NCBI GenBank assembly: GCA_031416075.1
Contig: JANOSY010000046.1
Location: 1 to 57,462 of the forward strand
Source of the DNA: Candidatus Tenderia sp.
GTDB taxonomy: Bacteria; Pseudomonadota; Gammaproteobacteria; Tenderiales; Tenderiaceae
Direction: 5' to 3'
Length of the DNA: 57,462 nucleotides
Of the stretch, positions 9,281 through 19,768 are shown piece after piece (positions within the stretch are counted from its first letter, which is position 1; each line of letters starts with the position of its first letter). Under the pieces are notes generated by a model. That model made no database searches. It saw nothing but the letters and a program-made list of their open reading frames with translations, and was not told the DNA's origin. Both the position numbers and the translations under genes were made by a program.

Positions 9281-10060
9281 TCAGGCCAATCCCACACAAC
9301 GCTGCCGCACCCGTTCAAACAGGCAGACTGCTACTGCCGCCGCCACATTCAGTGACTCAACCTTACCGGGCATAGGAATACGGATATTACGGGTAGCACA
9401 GGCGGCCAGCGTATCGCTCAACCCAGCCCCCTCATTGCCAAACAGAAACGCCATCGGTCCACGCAGATCGAGGTCATAAAGCGCCTCTTCAGCATCCAGC
9501 CGCGTGGCAACCACCATCGCCATCTGAGCGGCACGCGCCAACAGATCCTGCTGTTCGTAAATCGCCACCACAAAGTGCGCCCCCATCGCCACCCGCAACA
9601 CCTTGGGCGACCACGCCTCGGCACACCCCTTGGAGAGATAGATTGCATCTACACCTGCCGCTGCCGCCGTACGCAAAATAGCGCCGATGTTGCCGGGATC
9701 CTGAATATTCTCCAGCAACACCGCACACTCGGGCGTGCGCTCGTCTGGCTGGGGGATGGTATAGAGCGCCAAAATGCCCACCGGCGTTTCAACGGGGGAG
9801 AGTTCATCAAACAGCACTGCACCCAGTTCAATAACAGGCGCAGTCGGGAACCATTCAACGCAGCGCTGAATCTCGGCATCAGCACCACTGCCCTGCCGCA
9901 CAATCAACAACTCAACGGCACCATTCACATCGGCCAGCGCCTGTAACAGATGCACACCATCCAGTAGTGTCTGGCCACATTTGCGCCGCTCGCGGGCATT
10001 GCTCGCCAGTTTCTTCAACTGTTTGTACTGGGGATTATCGGCGGAGGTGATCTGTTTCAT
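9281..10060 (-). CDS. TrmH/SpoU family RNA methyltransferase
   Basis: ITS.DN, QDPGNIGAILRTA, FGNEGAG, IPM.G.VESLNVA SPOUT motifs. ATG at 10060 preferred over TTG at 10069. Confidence 0.9.
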   Translation of the reverse strand: MKQITSADNPQYKQLKKLASNARERRKCGQTLLDGVHLLQALADVNGAVELLIVRQGSGADAEIQRCVEWFPTAPVIELGAVLFDELSPVETPVGILALYTIPQPDERTPECAVLLENIQDPGNIGAILRTAAAAGVDAIYLSKGCAEAWSPKVLRVAMGAHFVVAIYEQQDLLARAAQMAMVVATRLDAEEALYDLDLRGPMAFLFGNEGAGLSDTLAACATRNIRIPMPGKVESLNVAAAVAVCLFERVRQRCVGLA

Positions 10061-10081
10061 GTTTGGCAATGACCAATTCGA

Positions 10082-10207
10082 TGTAGGGTGGGGTAGGAAT
10101 GTTTTTTATTCCGTAACCCACCAAGCGTGCCGACAGGCACACCTTTAAAAATATTTAGTATTGCTTCGCAAGGCTTGGTGGGCACAAAAAAGCGTGTCCA
10201 CCCTACA
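10082..10207. repeat. GTAG-type REP doublet (REPIN-like)
   Basis: TGTAGGGTGG at the left end and CCACCCTACA at the right end, with internal CCCACCAAGC / GCTTGGTGGG inverted pair. Intergenic. Confidence 0.7.
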
Positions 10208-10208
10208 T

Positions 10209-11834
10209 TTATTGCACTCTGCTTACCATACTCAACGCCAGCGCCTCTGCCACCTCAATACCATCCACCGCCGCAGAGAGAATGCCACCGGCATAGCCTG
10301 CCCCTTCACCGGCAGGATAGAGTCCCTTGGTATTGATGCTCTGATAGTCATCACGATTACGTTTGATACGCAGCGGTGACGAGGTGCGTGTCTCCACCCC
10401 GGTCAACACTGCGTCATGCATGGCAAACCCTTTTATCTGTCGATCAAAGGCGGGCAGCGCTTCACGGATTGCTTCAATGGCGTAGTCGGGCAATACTGAA
10501 CTTAGGTCGGTCAGATGGACACCCGGTGTATACGAGGGCTGCACACTGCCCAACGCTGTAGATGGTTTGTCTTTGATAAAGTCGCCCACCAATTGCCCAG
10601 GTGCTTCGTAATTACTGCCACCCAAGACAAAGGCACGGGACTCCAGATCGCGTTGCAGTTCTATACCCGCCAACGGATGATCACTGGGGAAATCCTCCGG
10701 TGTGATGCCCACCACAATGCCACTGTTGGCATTGCGTTCATTGCGTGAATATTGGCTCATGCCGTTAGTGACGACGCGTCCCTCTTCTGAGGTGGCCGCC
10801 ACCACCGTGCCGCCAGGACACATACAAAAGCTATAAACACTCCGGCCATTTTTGCAGTGGTGCACCAGCTTATAGTCCGCCGCGCCCAGATCGGGATGAC
10901 CGGCAAACGTGCCATAACGGCACTGATCGATCAGCGCTTGTGGGTGTTCAATGCGAAAACCGATCGAGAAGGGTTTGGCCTCAACATAAACGCCGCGCTC
11001 ATAAAGCATCTGAAAGGTATCGCGGGCGCTGTGGCCAATCGCCAGCACCACATGGTCGGTCTCGATCCGTTCGCCACTGGCCAACACCACGCCACACACC
11101 TGTTTTTGATCGTGGCCATCGTCAATGTCGATATCCGTCACACGGCTCTCAAAACGGAACTCACCACCGAGACTGACAATCTCCTCGCGCATTTTTTCCA
11201 ACATGCCCACCAGACGAAAGGTACCGACATGGGGTTTACTGATGTGCAGGATCTCCTCCGGTGCACCCGCCTTCACAAACTCACGCAATACCTTCACACC
11301 TAAGTGGCGTGGGTCTTTGATCTGGGTATGCAGCTTGCCGTCAGAAAAGGTCCCTGCCCCGCCCTCGCCAAATTGCACATTCGATTCGGGATCAAGTTTG
11401 TGGTTACGCCACAGCCCCCAGGTATCCTTGGTGCGCTGCCGCACCTCTTTGCCACGTTCCAGGATCAGTGGTTTGAACCCCATCTGCGCCAGAATCAGCG
11501 CCGCCATAAAACCACATGGACCACTACCGATGATCACCGGGCGGGACTTAAGATCGCTCGGGGCATGGGTCACAAACGTGTATTCGGTCTCGGGCGTCGG
11601 TTTGATATGGCTGTCACCGCTAAATTGCTGCAACAGCTGCACCTCATCCGCCACCTCCACATCGAGTGAATAGACAAACAGAATCGCACTGCGCTTGCGG
11701 GCATCAAAACCACGCCTGGCTACCGTGAAGCCATGCAATACCTCGGGGCTGATCTGCAAGCGGTCAATAACCGCCTCCCGCAGTGCATCGGGCGAGTGGT
11801 CAAGCGGCAGTTTGATCTCTGTCAGTCGTAACAT
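10209..11834 (-). CDS. NAD(P)/FAD-dependent oxidoreductase (COG2509-type)
   Basis: IIGSGPCG, SNVQFGEGGAGTFSDGKL, SFCMCPGG, GVETRTSSP, GEGAGYAGGILSAAVDG. Confidence 0.9.
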   Translation of the reverse strand: MLRLTEIKLPLDHSPDALREAVIDRLQISPEVLHGFTVARRGFDARKRSAILFVYSLDVEVADEVQLLQQFSGDSHIKPTPETEYTFVTHAPSDLKSRPVIIGSGPCGFMAALILAQMGFKPLILERGKEVRQRTKDTWGLWRNHKLDPESNVQFGEGGAGTFSDGKLHTQIKDPRHLGVKVLREFVKAGAPEEILHISKPHVGTFRLVGMLEKMREEIVSLGGEFRFESRVTDIDIDDGHDQKQVCGVVLASGERIETDHVVLAIGHSARDTFQMLYERGVYVEAKPFSIGFRIEHPQALIDQCRYGTFAGHPDLGAADYKLVHHCKNGRSVYSFCMCPGGTVVAATSEEGRVVTNGMSQYSRNERNANSGIVVGITPEDFPSDHPLAGIELQRDLESRAFVLGGSNYEAPGQLVGDFIKDKPSTALGSVQPSYTPGVHLTDLSSVLPDYAIEAIREALPAFDRQIKGFAMHDAVLTGVETRTSSPLRIKRNRDDYQSINTKGLYPAGEGAGYAGGILSAAVDGIEVAEALALSMVSRVQ

Positions 11835-12013
11835 CGAAGGTTCCGTAGGGGGGGCACAAGGGCAAAAAGGGGGACCATTTTACCCTGTCAGGGGAATTAA
11901 TGCCCCACTCCCTTTCAGCAGTAGAAAAACAACCATACATACGTTTAGTATGGTGACAACCGGCCCAATACCCACAACTCGTGCCCATGCACACATTTGA
12001 AATCAGGTGACCA

Positions 12014-12538
12014 ATGGCTCTTGAGACCTTCCGAACCGCCACCCCCGCAGATGCCGCTGCCATTACCCAACTGGTTAACAGCGCCTACCGTCCACGGGCT
12101 GAATCTTGTGGTTGGACCCACGAGGCCCATCTGATAGAGGGTAATCGCATCGAGCCAGCACAGGTCACTGCACTGATCGAGGCACCCTGCTCCACTATAT
12201 TATTGGGGTTGATTCAATCCGCCGCTGTTGCCTGCATCCACATCAAACAGGAGCAGGCCATCAGCCACATCGGCATGTTTGCCGTCGCCCCCCACCTTCA
12301 AGGCATAGGGGTTGGCAGCGCACTCTTAACAGCAGCAGAAAACCACGCCATCAGACATTTTAATGCCCAGCAACTATGTATGTCCGTGATCAGTGCACGA
12401 GAAGATCTAATCGCCTTCTACAATCGCCGTGGTTACAAACAGTGCGGCGAACGACTGGACTACCCTCTGACGGCGCTGGCGGGCAGACCCAAAACCGACG
12501 ATCTCACCATCGAAATTCTGAAAAAGGGCATCGCGTAA
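12014..12538 (+). CDS. GNAT family N-acetyltransferase
   Basis: LVNSAYR, GWTHEA, FAVAP.LQG.GVG..LL (motif A), LIAFY.RRGY. Confidence 0.9.
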   Translation: MALETFRTATPADAAAITQLVNSAYRPRAESCGWTHEAHLIEGNRIEPAQVTALIEAPCSTILLGLIQSAAVACIHIKQEQAISHIGMFAVAPHLQGIGVGSALLTAAENHAIRHFNAQQLCMSVISAREDLIAFYNRRGYKQCGERLDYPLTALAGRPKTDDLTIEILKKGIA

Positions 12539-12574
12539 CAGCACTGGGCAGCCACCCAGTGCTATCAAACACCT

Positions 12575-13108
12575 TTACACCGGGTGTGCAACACCCTTGT
12601 TTCTCATACGGCTACCCAACAGACCCGCCACCCCCATCGAAAGCAACAACACTGTGGTTGGCTCCGGCACAGAGTTAATAGAAAGCTGCCCTCGAATCTC
12701 GCCCCCAGGAAACTGACTGCTGTGAATATTCACATACCAGTTTCCTGCCAACAGGTCTGCGGCCTGTAACATCGTGATTGTTGTGGATGAGCTGACCATG
12801 CCACTCATCGATCCCGCCACCGAAGGGATCGTCACCGCTACCGGTCCATTAAATCCTAACGGCGCAACATGAAAGTGGGCCGCTGTTGCTGGAGCCAGCA
12901 AATCACTCCAGCTCAACGTCCAGGTCAAACCACCCGAAACATCATCGTAAGTCCCGACTATGCTTCCCATCCCTGTCGTTGCAATAGGCACTGTTCCCTG
13001 CAAACCATCCAGGGTCGCCGAATAACTAATAACGCTCGCCTCCGTCACACCCACCATACTCAACATCAACATGCCCGATGCCAACCCTGCCAATCGTTTG
13101 TTATTCAT
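12575..13108 (-). CDS. CHRD-domain protein with PEP-CTERM sorting signal
   Basis: Signal peptide, AAHFH...GP, G.WYVNIHS..FPGGEIRGQL (CHRD), VPEPTT + TM + basic tail. RBS GGAGGAG before ATG 13108. Confidence 0.88.
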   Translation of the reverse strand: MNNKRLAGLASGMLMLSMVGVTEASVISYSATLDGLQGTVPIATTGMGSIVGTYDDVSGGLTWTLSWSDLLAPATAAHFHVAPLGFNGPVAVTIPSVAGSMSGMVSSSTTITMLQAADLLAGNWYVNIHSSQFPGGEIRGQLSINSVPEPTTVLLLSMGVAGLLGSRMRNKGVAHPV

Positions 13109-13408
13109 TTTAACTCCTCCACTTTTCCCATTTTGACTCGAGTAAAACCACACTCCCCTACTGTATTAACCGACACACAACCAAGCCAAGCCGGACCATA
13201 CTCGTACACTATGAAATAAATAACAACACCGGTAAAACTCATGTTTAATGCATCAATGCCGACCACATGCAATGCAGAATAAACCGCCTTCATCGTCAAA
13301 CGTGGGAGAGGTGCGCCACCAATAACCATGTTAAAAAAGTGTTAGAATGGCCTGTCGCAACAAACTCATTTTGCTTTTCCCTGCCAAAACAGCTAGTTAA
13401 ACACCATC

Positions 13409-14188
13409 ATGAAAAACGCCCCGCTCACTGCCATTATCTTCATCAGCAGCTACGGCTACGTAGTGCCCGCCAATGCCATCGTCAATGTTGAAAGCATCCG
13501 TATTGGACTCTCCACACCGGGCATCAGCGGCAGTCTCGACCTCGGCCTCAGTGGTAAACGTGGCAATACCGACAAAGATGAATACAACATCAGCGGTCGC
13601 ATCCAGAATAACAGAGACAAAAGCACCAACTTCATCGTCGCTTCCTATGACTACGGGGAGGTTCGCAACGTCACCAATACCGATAAAAGCTTTATCCATG
13701 GCCGTCACGTTGTTCAATTTAGGCCGGAGCAGGCGTGGGAGATCTTTACACAGGCAGAAAAAAACAGATTTTCCCGGCTCTCGTTTCGCGGACTCATAGG
13801 AGGTGGCTTACGTTTCACACTGGCAGAAGCGGCAGAGCAGCTCGGGCTGTACCTCGGTGCCGGTCTCTACTGGTCTCGAGAGACGCTTGATGAACGGGCA
13901 AATCTGACCGACCACGGTACCGAAAGTTTTAGTCGGGCCAACCTATATTTGGTATACAAGCACAAGCTTAACAACCAGTTGAGCCTGATCAGCACCACCT
14001 ACTACCAGCCACGATTAGGCAGCCCTCAAGACTACCGCGCTCTGGAACAGGCGGGATTAAGTGTGAAAATGACCGACAACCTGAATTTAAAACTCTCGCT
14101 CGACATCACCCATGACAACCATCCACCACAGAGCATTAAACAGACAGATATCGGCTACAGCACCAAGTTTTCATATCGTTTTAAATAA
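13409..14188 (+). CDS. DUF481 family outer-membrane beta-barrel protein
   Basis: Signal peptide, IVNVE, GNTD, alternating beta pattern, C-terminal YRF. Confidence 0.8.
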   Translation: MKNAPLTAIIFISSYGYVVPANAIVNVESIRIGLSTPGISGSLDLGLSGKRGNTDKDEYNISGRIQNNRDKSTNFIVASYDYGEVRNVTNTDKSFIHGRHVVQFRPEQAWEIFTQAEKNRFSRLSFRGLIGGGLRFTLAEAAEQLGLYLGAGLYWSRETLDERANLTDHGTESFSRANLYLVYKHKLNNQLSLISTTYYQPRLGSPQDYRALEQAGLSVKMTDNLNLKLSLDITHDNHPPQSIKQTDIGYSTKFSYRFK

Positions 14189-14257
14189 CCACATCTGAAC
14201 TGTTTGCCTTGTGCTGCTTGCACCCATACCTGCCTGCGGTGTTCGTTTTAATGTTTT

Positions 14258-14545
14258 CTAATCAAGTAAAAACTGCAATCGCTCATCAACTTTAGCAGGC
14301 GTTATTTCAATAATGTCTGCACTGACTACATTGCCCTCCACAAAGGGATCTTCACTGATTCTATTTTCAAGATCTATCCGTGACGTATTATGTGCCACGA
14401 TTCCCCCACCTAAATTAGGCTGCAAACTGCCTGCCAGCAGAAACACCCCCTCATCAAAGCCACGTTTGACCCACTCATTGTGGCCCACCATCAATTGACC
14501 GGCCTGGCTTTTATTGTCAGAAAATCTGAGCAGTACCATAAACAT
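14258..14545 (-). CDS. YciI-related small protein
   Basis: H..WV..GFDEG.FLLAGS...GG.I, EDPFV. RBS AGGAG before ATG 14545. Confidence 0.75.
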   Translation of the reverse strand: MFMVLLRFSDNKSQAGQLMVGHNEWVKRGFDEGVFLLAGSLQPNLGGGIVAHNTSRIDLENRISEDPFVEGNVVSADIIEITPAKVDERLQFLLD

Positions 14546-14807
14546 GCATGTATTCTCCTGTTCTATAAACACACTCTCCCTATTCCAGCAGAGAGATAGC
14601 GACTGATGACCAGACTCAAAACTCACCATTACAACACTCTGGCATAAAAACACTTGATCTGCACTTTTCCAGCGATCCTGCCCCTTCTGACTGCCAAATA
14701 ACAAACACTGGACTTAAATCCTACAGCCAAGCAGGATATTCAGACTACAATCAACGACGCAGTACCGCTTTTACAATAATTTATCGCTAACAGGAAATAG
14801 ATTGGCC

Positions 14808-17600
14808 ATGGCACGCAGCAATCCCAACAGCTTCGGCACTCAGAAGACCCTGATGGTAAAACGCAAAAGCTACCACTACCACTCGCTGGCAGAGCTGGCC
14901 GAGGCCGGTTATCCAACACTGGAGCGGCTCCCTTTTGTTATTAAGCTGTTGCTGGAAAACCTGTTGCGCCATGAAGATGGGATCAATATCACCCGTAACT
15001 CCATTGAGGCACTGATTAACTGGAACCCTAAAGCAGTACCGGAGCGCGACATACTCTTCATGCCCGCACGGGTGCTGTTACAGGATTTTACGGGGGTGCC
15101 TGCCGTTGCCGACCTAGCGGCCATGCGTAGCGCTGTGCAGCGATTGGGAGGAGATGCAACACGCATCAACCCCCTGACACCCGCAGACCTGGTGATCGAT
15201 CACTCGATACAGGTAGATAATTACGGCAGTGGCAACGCCCTTCAAACAAACACAACGCTCGACCATGCACGCAACCGCGAACGTTACCAGTTTCTAAAAT
15301 GGGGACAGCAGAGCTTTAGCAACTTTCGGGTAGTGCCGCCGGGCAGTGGCATCGTGCATCAGGTCAATCTTGAGTATCTTGCAACGCTGGTAATGAATCA
15401 GGAGATTGATGGCCAACGCTGGCTCTATCCTGACTCTGTGATCGGTACCGACTCCCACACCACCATGATCAACGGCTTGGGTGTGTTGGGCTGGGGCGTG
15501 GGCGGCATTGAGGCAGAAGCGGCGCTTTTAGGCCAACCCAGCGCCATGCCAATCCCACACGTAGTGGGGGTGCGATTAAGTGGGCAGCATGAATACGGTG
15601 TTACTGCCACTGATATTGTACTCAGCATTACCGAACGGCTGCGCCAGCACGGTGTTGTTGGGGACTTTGTTGAATTTTATGGCCCCGGTTTAGGCGAACT
15701 CAGCCTGGCTGATCGCGCCACCATCGCCAACATGGCCCCGGAATACGGCGCGACCTGCGGCCTCTTCCCTGTCGATGCCCGGACAATCGACTATCTGCGT
15801 TTAACAGGACGCACCGAACAGGCCGAATTAGCCGAGGCCTATTACCATGCTCAAGGAATGTGGCATTTCGTCGGGCAAAGCGAGCCCGAATATAGCGCAG
15901 TGATCGAATTTGATCTGGAGAGCGTGGAGCCCTGTTTAGCGGGCCCTTCGCGCCCACAGGATCGCGTCCCACTCTCCGCCGTACGGGGTTCTTTCCGTCA
16001 GGCACTGGTGAGCCAGATCGAACGCTCTGGTAAAAATATAGACAAATTACAAAAAGATCGATGGCTCAGCGAAGGCGGCAGCTTTCCCTTAGCGCCCGAA
16101 CTGGAAGAGAAACACCCCAACGATAGCCATCTCTTCAACCTCAGCGTGCCTGTGCGCCAACCCGATGGTGTTGCCTACAACCTCTGCCACGGCTCCATCG
16201 TGATCGCCGCCATCACCTCATGTACCAATACCTCCAACCCTGCCCTCATGATGGCGGCCGGATTGCTGGCGCGCAACGCTGTAAAACGGGGGCTACAGGT
16301 TAAACCCTGGGTCAAAACCAGCCTGGCACCAGGTTCACGTGTCGTCACAGACTACCTCAGCAGCGCCGGACTACTGCCCTACCTGGAGGCGTTACGTTTC
16401 CATCTCGTCGGTTACGGCTGCACCACCTGCATCGGGAATAGCGGCCCACTGCCGGACCATGTCAGTAATGCGGTGCGCGAAGGCGATTTAAATGTCGCCG
16501 CAGTACTCTCCGGCAACCGCAATTTCGAGGGGCGGGTCAACCCGCTGGTGCGTAGCAACTATCTTGGCTCGCCACCCCTGGTGGTGGCCTACGCCCTGGC
16601 GGGCAACCTCAACATGGATCTGACAAAAGACCCGTTGGGTATCGACCCCAATGGTCAGCCAGTCTATCTGCACGAACTCTGGCCAACGTATGACGAGACC
16701 GAGCAGCTACTACAGCGCCACCTCACCCCAGAACAGTTCCGTCGACTCTATGGCCAACTGTTTGAAGGCAACAGCCAATGGGATGCCCTGCCCATTCCGA
16801 GTGGAGAGCTATTTAAATGGGACCCTGACTCCAGTTACATCAAAGAGCCGCCCTTTTTCAATGGGATGCAGATCACACCACCTGGACTCCAGGAGGTGCA
16901 CAATGCACGGGTACTGGTCATGCTGGGGGATTCAATCACCACCGACCACATCTCCCCTGCCGGCTCCATCAGCCGTTCCAGCCCTGCTGGAGAGTATCTG
17001 ATCGCACAGGGCATCGATCCACTCAACTTCAACTCTTACGGCGCACGCCGTGGCAATCACGAGGTGATGGTACGTGGCACCTTTGCCAATCCCCGACTGC
17101 GTAATTTACTGGTCCCCGGCAGCGAAGGCAGCGCCACCCGTCACCTCCCCGATAACACACCAATGTCAATCCATGCCGCCGCCATGCAATACCAAACAGA
17201 GGGGACACCCTTGATCGTTTTAGGGGGTAAAGAGTACGGCACCGGCTCATCCCGTGACTGGGCGGCCAAAGGACCACTGCTGCTAGGTGTGCGCGCCGTC
17301 ATTGCCGAAAGTTTTGAACGCATTCACCGTTCCAACCTAGTCGGCATGGGAATTTTGCCGCTCCAATACCTGAGCAACAAAACCGCCGCCAGCCTGGGGC
17401 TGACGGGTGAGGAGACTTTTAACATTGAGGGAATTACTGAGCTAAAACCGTCACAACGGTTAAGAGTGCAGGCCAGCAGTGCCGATGGCCAAGTGACAAC
17501 CTTCCTGGTCAGCGCCTGTATCGATACCGCCACCGAAGTTGAATATCTACGCCACGGTGGCATCCTGCCGTATGTGGTCAGGGAGATGATAAAGAGATAA
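14808..17600 (+). CDS. acnA: Aconitate hydratase A
   Basis: LLQDFTGVP, DHS, GTDSHT, AITSCTNTSNP, GCTTCIGNSG, GNRNFEGR, TTDHISPAG, GSSRDWAAKG. Confidence 0.97.
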   Translation: MARSNPNSFGTQKTLMVKRKSYHYHSLAELAEAGYPTLERLPFVIKLLLENLLRHEDGINITRNSIEALINWNPKAVPERDILFMPARVLLQDFTGVPAVADLAAMRSAVQRLGGDATRINPLTPADLVIDHSIQVDNYGSGNALQTNTTLDHARNRERYQFLKWGQQSFSNFRVVPPGSGIVHQVNLEYLATLVMNQEIDGQRWLYPDSVIGTDSHTTMINGLGVLGWGVGGIEAEAALLGQPSAMPIPHVVGVRLSGQHEYGVTATDIVLSITERLRQHGVVGDFVEFYGPGLGELSLADRATIANMAPEYGATCGLFPVDARTIDYLRLTGRTEQAELAEAYYHAQGMWHFVGQSEPEYSAVIEFDLESVEPCLAGPSRPQDRVPLSAVRGSFRQALVSQIERSGKNIDKLQKDRWLSEGGSFPLAPELEEKHPNDSHLFNLSVPVRQPDGVAYNLCHGSIVIAAITSCTNTSNPALMMAAGLLARNAVKRGLQVKPWVKTSLAPGSRVVTDYLSSAGLLPYLEALRFHLVGYGCTTCIGNSGPLPDHVSNAVREGDLNVAAVLSGNRNFEGRVNPLVRSNYLGSPPLVVAYALAGNLNMDLTKDPLGIDPNGQPVYLHELWPTYDETEQLLQRHLTPEQFRRLYGQLFEGNSQWDALPIPSGELFKWDPDSSYIKEPPFFNGMQITPPGLQEVHNARVLVMLGDSITTDHISPAGSISRSSPAGEYLIAQGIDPLNFNSYGARRGNHEVMVRGTFANPRLRNLLVPGSEGSATRHLPDNTPMSIHAAAMQYQTEGTPLIVLGGKEYGTGSSRDWAAKGPLLLGVRAVIAESFERIHRSNLVGMGILPLQYLSNKTAASLGLTGEETFNIEGITELKPSQRLRVQASSADGQVTTFLVSACIDTATEVEYLRHGGILPYVVREMIKR

Positions 17601-17626
17601 CACCCTTAAAAACAGTGGTTATACCC

Positions 17627-19390
17627 TTACTCTGTACAGAGCGCGTAGACCTCTTCGATCGAAGTCACACCGTCACGGGCCAGCTGCAAAGCATTATCCT
17701 GCAAAGTACGCATCCCTTGTGCAATCGACAGTTTGTTGATCTCTTGTGCCACTTTTCCATCGGCAATAAGTTCAGAAATCTCTGGCGTCACCACCATCAA
17801 CTCAGAGACCGTCACCCGCCCCTGATAGCCCGAGTAGTTACACTTGATACAACCTGCACCGCGCCGGAATTTTTCACCCTCTTTAAGCTTCAACACCCTA
17901 CATACATGAGGTTCCAGCACCTCATCGTCCACACACTCCTTGCAATTCACCCGAATTAGACGCTGCGCCATCACACCCAGCAGCGTTGTACTCAGCAGAT
18001 AGGGCTCAATCCCCATATCCAGCAGGCGGGTCACGGTTGAAGGGGCGTCATTTGTATGCAAGGTGCTAAACACCAGATGTCCGGTCAGCGCCGCCTTATT
18101 GGCAATCTGGGCAGTCTCCTCATCACGAATCTCCCCCACCATGATGACATCCGGATCGTGACGCAAAAAATGCCGCAACGCCTTGGCAAACGTATACCCT
18201 TTTGCCAGCGCAACCTGCACCTGCTCCACCCCCTCCATGTCATACTCCACCGGATCTTCAACGGTAAGGATGTGCTGATTACGGCGTTTCACCTCATCAA
18301 GAATCGCATAGAGCGTTGTTGATTTTCCTGAACCCGTAGGCCCGGTGACCAGAAAAATTCCATTGGGGCGGGTAATCAACCGCTTAGTCAGCTCAAGGTC
18401 ACGTTTATTTAAACCCAGATCCTTCAGCGGACGAAAACCCGCCTGTTTATCCAAGACACGAATCACCACGCTCTCGCCCGTCACCGTCGGCATGATAGAT
18501 ATACGCAGATCAACCTGACGCCCCTGGCGCATCATGCGGGCATGCCCCCCTTGTGGCAGGCGACGCTCCGAAATATCCATCTGGCCAGTAATCTTGATTC
18601 GACTCACTAGCGCTGGTAATAAAGATCGGTGCAAAGTACGAACAAACTGCATCTTGCCATCAATACGGTAAAAAACATTTACCCGATCCTTTTCGGGACG
18701 GATGTTGATATCAGAAGCACCACTGGTCACCGCCTGCAGAATAATGGCGTTTACCAGACGGACAATCGGTTTCTTCTGAGCCTCCTGCTCGATGAGGTGC
18801 GCGGATTCGTTTTTTTGATTGAGTTCAGGTGCCAGATCAATATCAAGATCGACATCAATGTCGATATCACTCTCCGCCTCGAACTCTTGATCAACGTTGT
18901 AGTGCTTCAGCAGAGCGGCATCAAGATCCGCCACCGAAGCCATCACAGACTCAATATTCCGCTTCGAGTAAAACTGCAAGGCTTCGAGAATAGAATGGTC
19001 GAGTGGATTAACCATCGCCACCACCAATGAATTATCAATCTCTGCCAACGGCAACACCTTGTATTGTAAGGCGATTTCGGCAGAAATCACCGACAGCAAG
19101 GCCGAGTCGATCTCAAAGTTTTCGATTTTTACGTAGGGGATAGCCAGTTTCTTGGCCAGTGCGATATTAAGCTGATCGGGAGTCACCAACCCTGACTCGA
19201 CCAAAATCTGTCCAATATGGCGGCGTCCGGAACGGAGCTCCTTCTGAAATTCCAACGCCTTGTTGAGTTGCTCTGCACTAATCAGCTGCTCTTCCAGCAG
19301 TACCTCGCCCAGGCGCATGTCAGACATGCGCTTGTGCACTTGCAACAGTGCACGTAAATCTTTGGCGTTTTTAAGAGTGTAAGTACGCAT
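17627..19390 (-). CDS. GspE/PilB family ATPase with N-terminal MshEN c-di-GMP-binding motif
   Basis: RLGEVLLEEQLIS.EQL.KAL..Q and HIGQILVESGLVT.DQL..AL tandem motif, GPTGSGKST, LRHDPDVIMVGEIRD, TLHTN. Confidence 0.9.
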   Translation of the reverse strand: MRTYTLKNAKDLRALLQVHKRMSDMRLGEVLLEEQLISAEQLNKALEFQKELRSGRRHIGQILVESGLVTPDQLNIALAKKLAIPYVKIENFEIDSALLSVISAEIALQYKVLPLAEIDNSLVVAMVNPLDHSILEALQFYSKRNIESVMASVADLDAALLKHYNVDQEFEAESDIDIDVDLDIDLAPELNQKNESAHLIEQEAQKKPIVRLVNAIILQAVTSGASDINIRPEKDRVNVFYRIDGKMQFVRTLHRSLLPALVSRIKITGQMDISERRLPQGGHARMMRQGRQVDLRISIMPTVTGESVVIRVLDKQAGFRPLKDLGLNKRDLELTKRLITRPNGIFLVTGPTGSGKSTTLYAILDEVKRRNQHILTVEDPVEYDMEGVEQVQVALAKGYTFAKALRHFLRHDPDVIMVGEIRDEETAQIANKAALTGHLVFSTLHTNDAPSTVTRLLDMGIEPYLLSTTLLGVMAQRLIRVNCKECVDDEVLEPHVCRVLKLKEGEKFRRGAGCIKCNYSGYQGRVTVSELMVVTPEISELIADGKVAQEINKLSIAQGMRTLQDNALQLARDGVTSIEEVYALCTE

Positions 19391-19723
19391 CTATTCCCTA
19401 ATCCTTGGGCAACCCGTTGGAATCATCAGTCAATGTTTGAAGGTTCACATTCTAGCCATTTAATGACAGGCGGCAAACCAATACCTCTGCCAATGTCCAC
19501 TTTTTACCATTGATTGCATTTTTTGCACGTAGCCCTATAGTTATTTACACCCTATGATAGGCTCTAATACACTTGGCAGAGTTGTGCTTACGACACAAAT
19601 GGGGACGTATGCGGCAACAATGTGCCAAATTCTCTGTCAAATAGTTGGCGAAAAGAGACCTCATTCCCAAACACCCTGACTATATGTCTGTTTTTATTAG
19701 GGATAACAATGCAAAAAGAAAAC

Positions 19724-19739
19724 TGGCACGCATCTGGCA
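19724..19739 (+). promoter_or_regulatory. Putative sigma-54 -24/-12 promoter of the diguanylate cyclase
   Basis: TGGCACGCATCTGGCA (GG-N10-GC), 30 bp upstream of ATG 19769. Confidence 0.6.
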
Positions 19740-19768
19740 TACCTGATGACAAGCAGGAGGAGTTGCCA

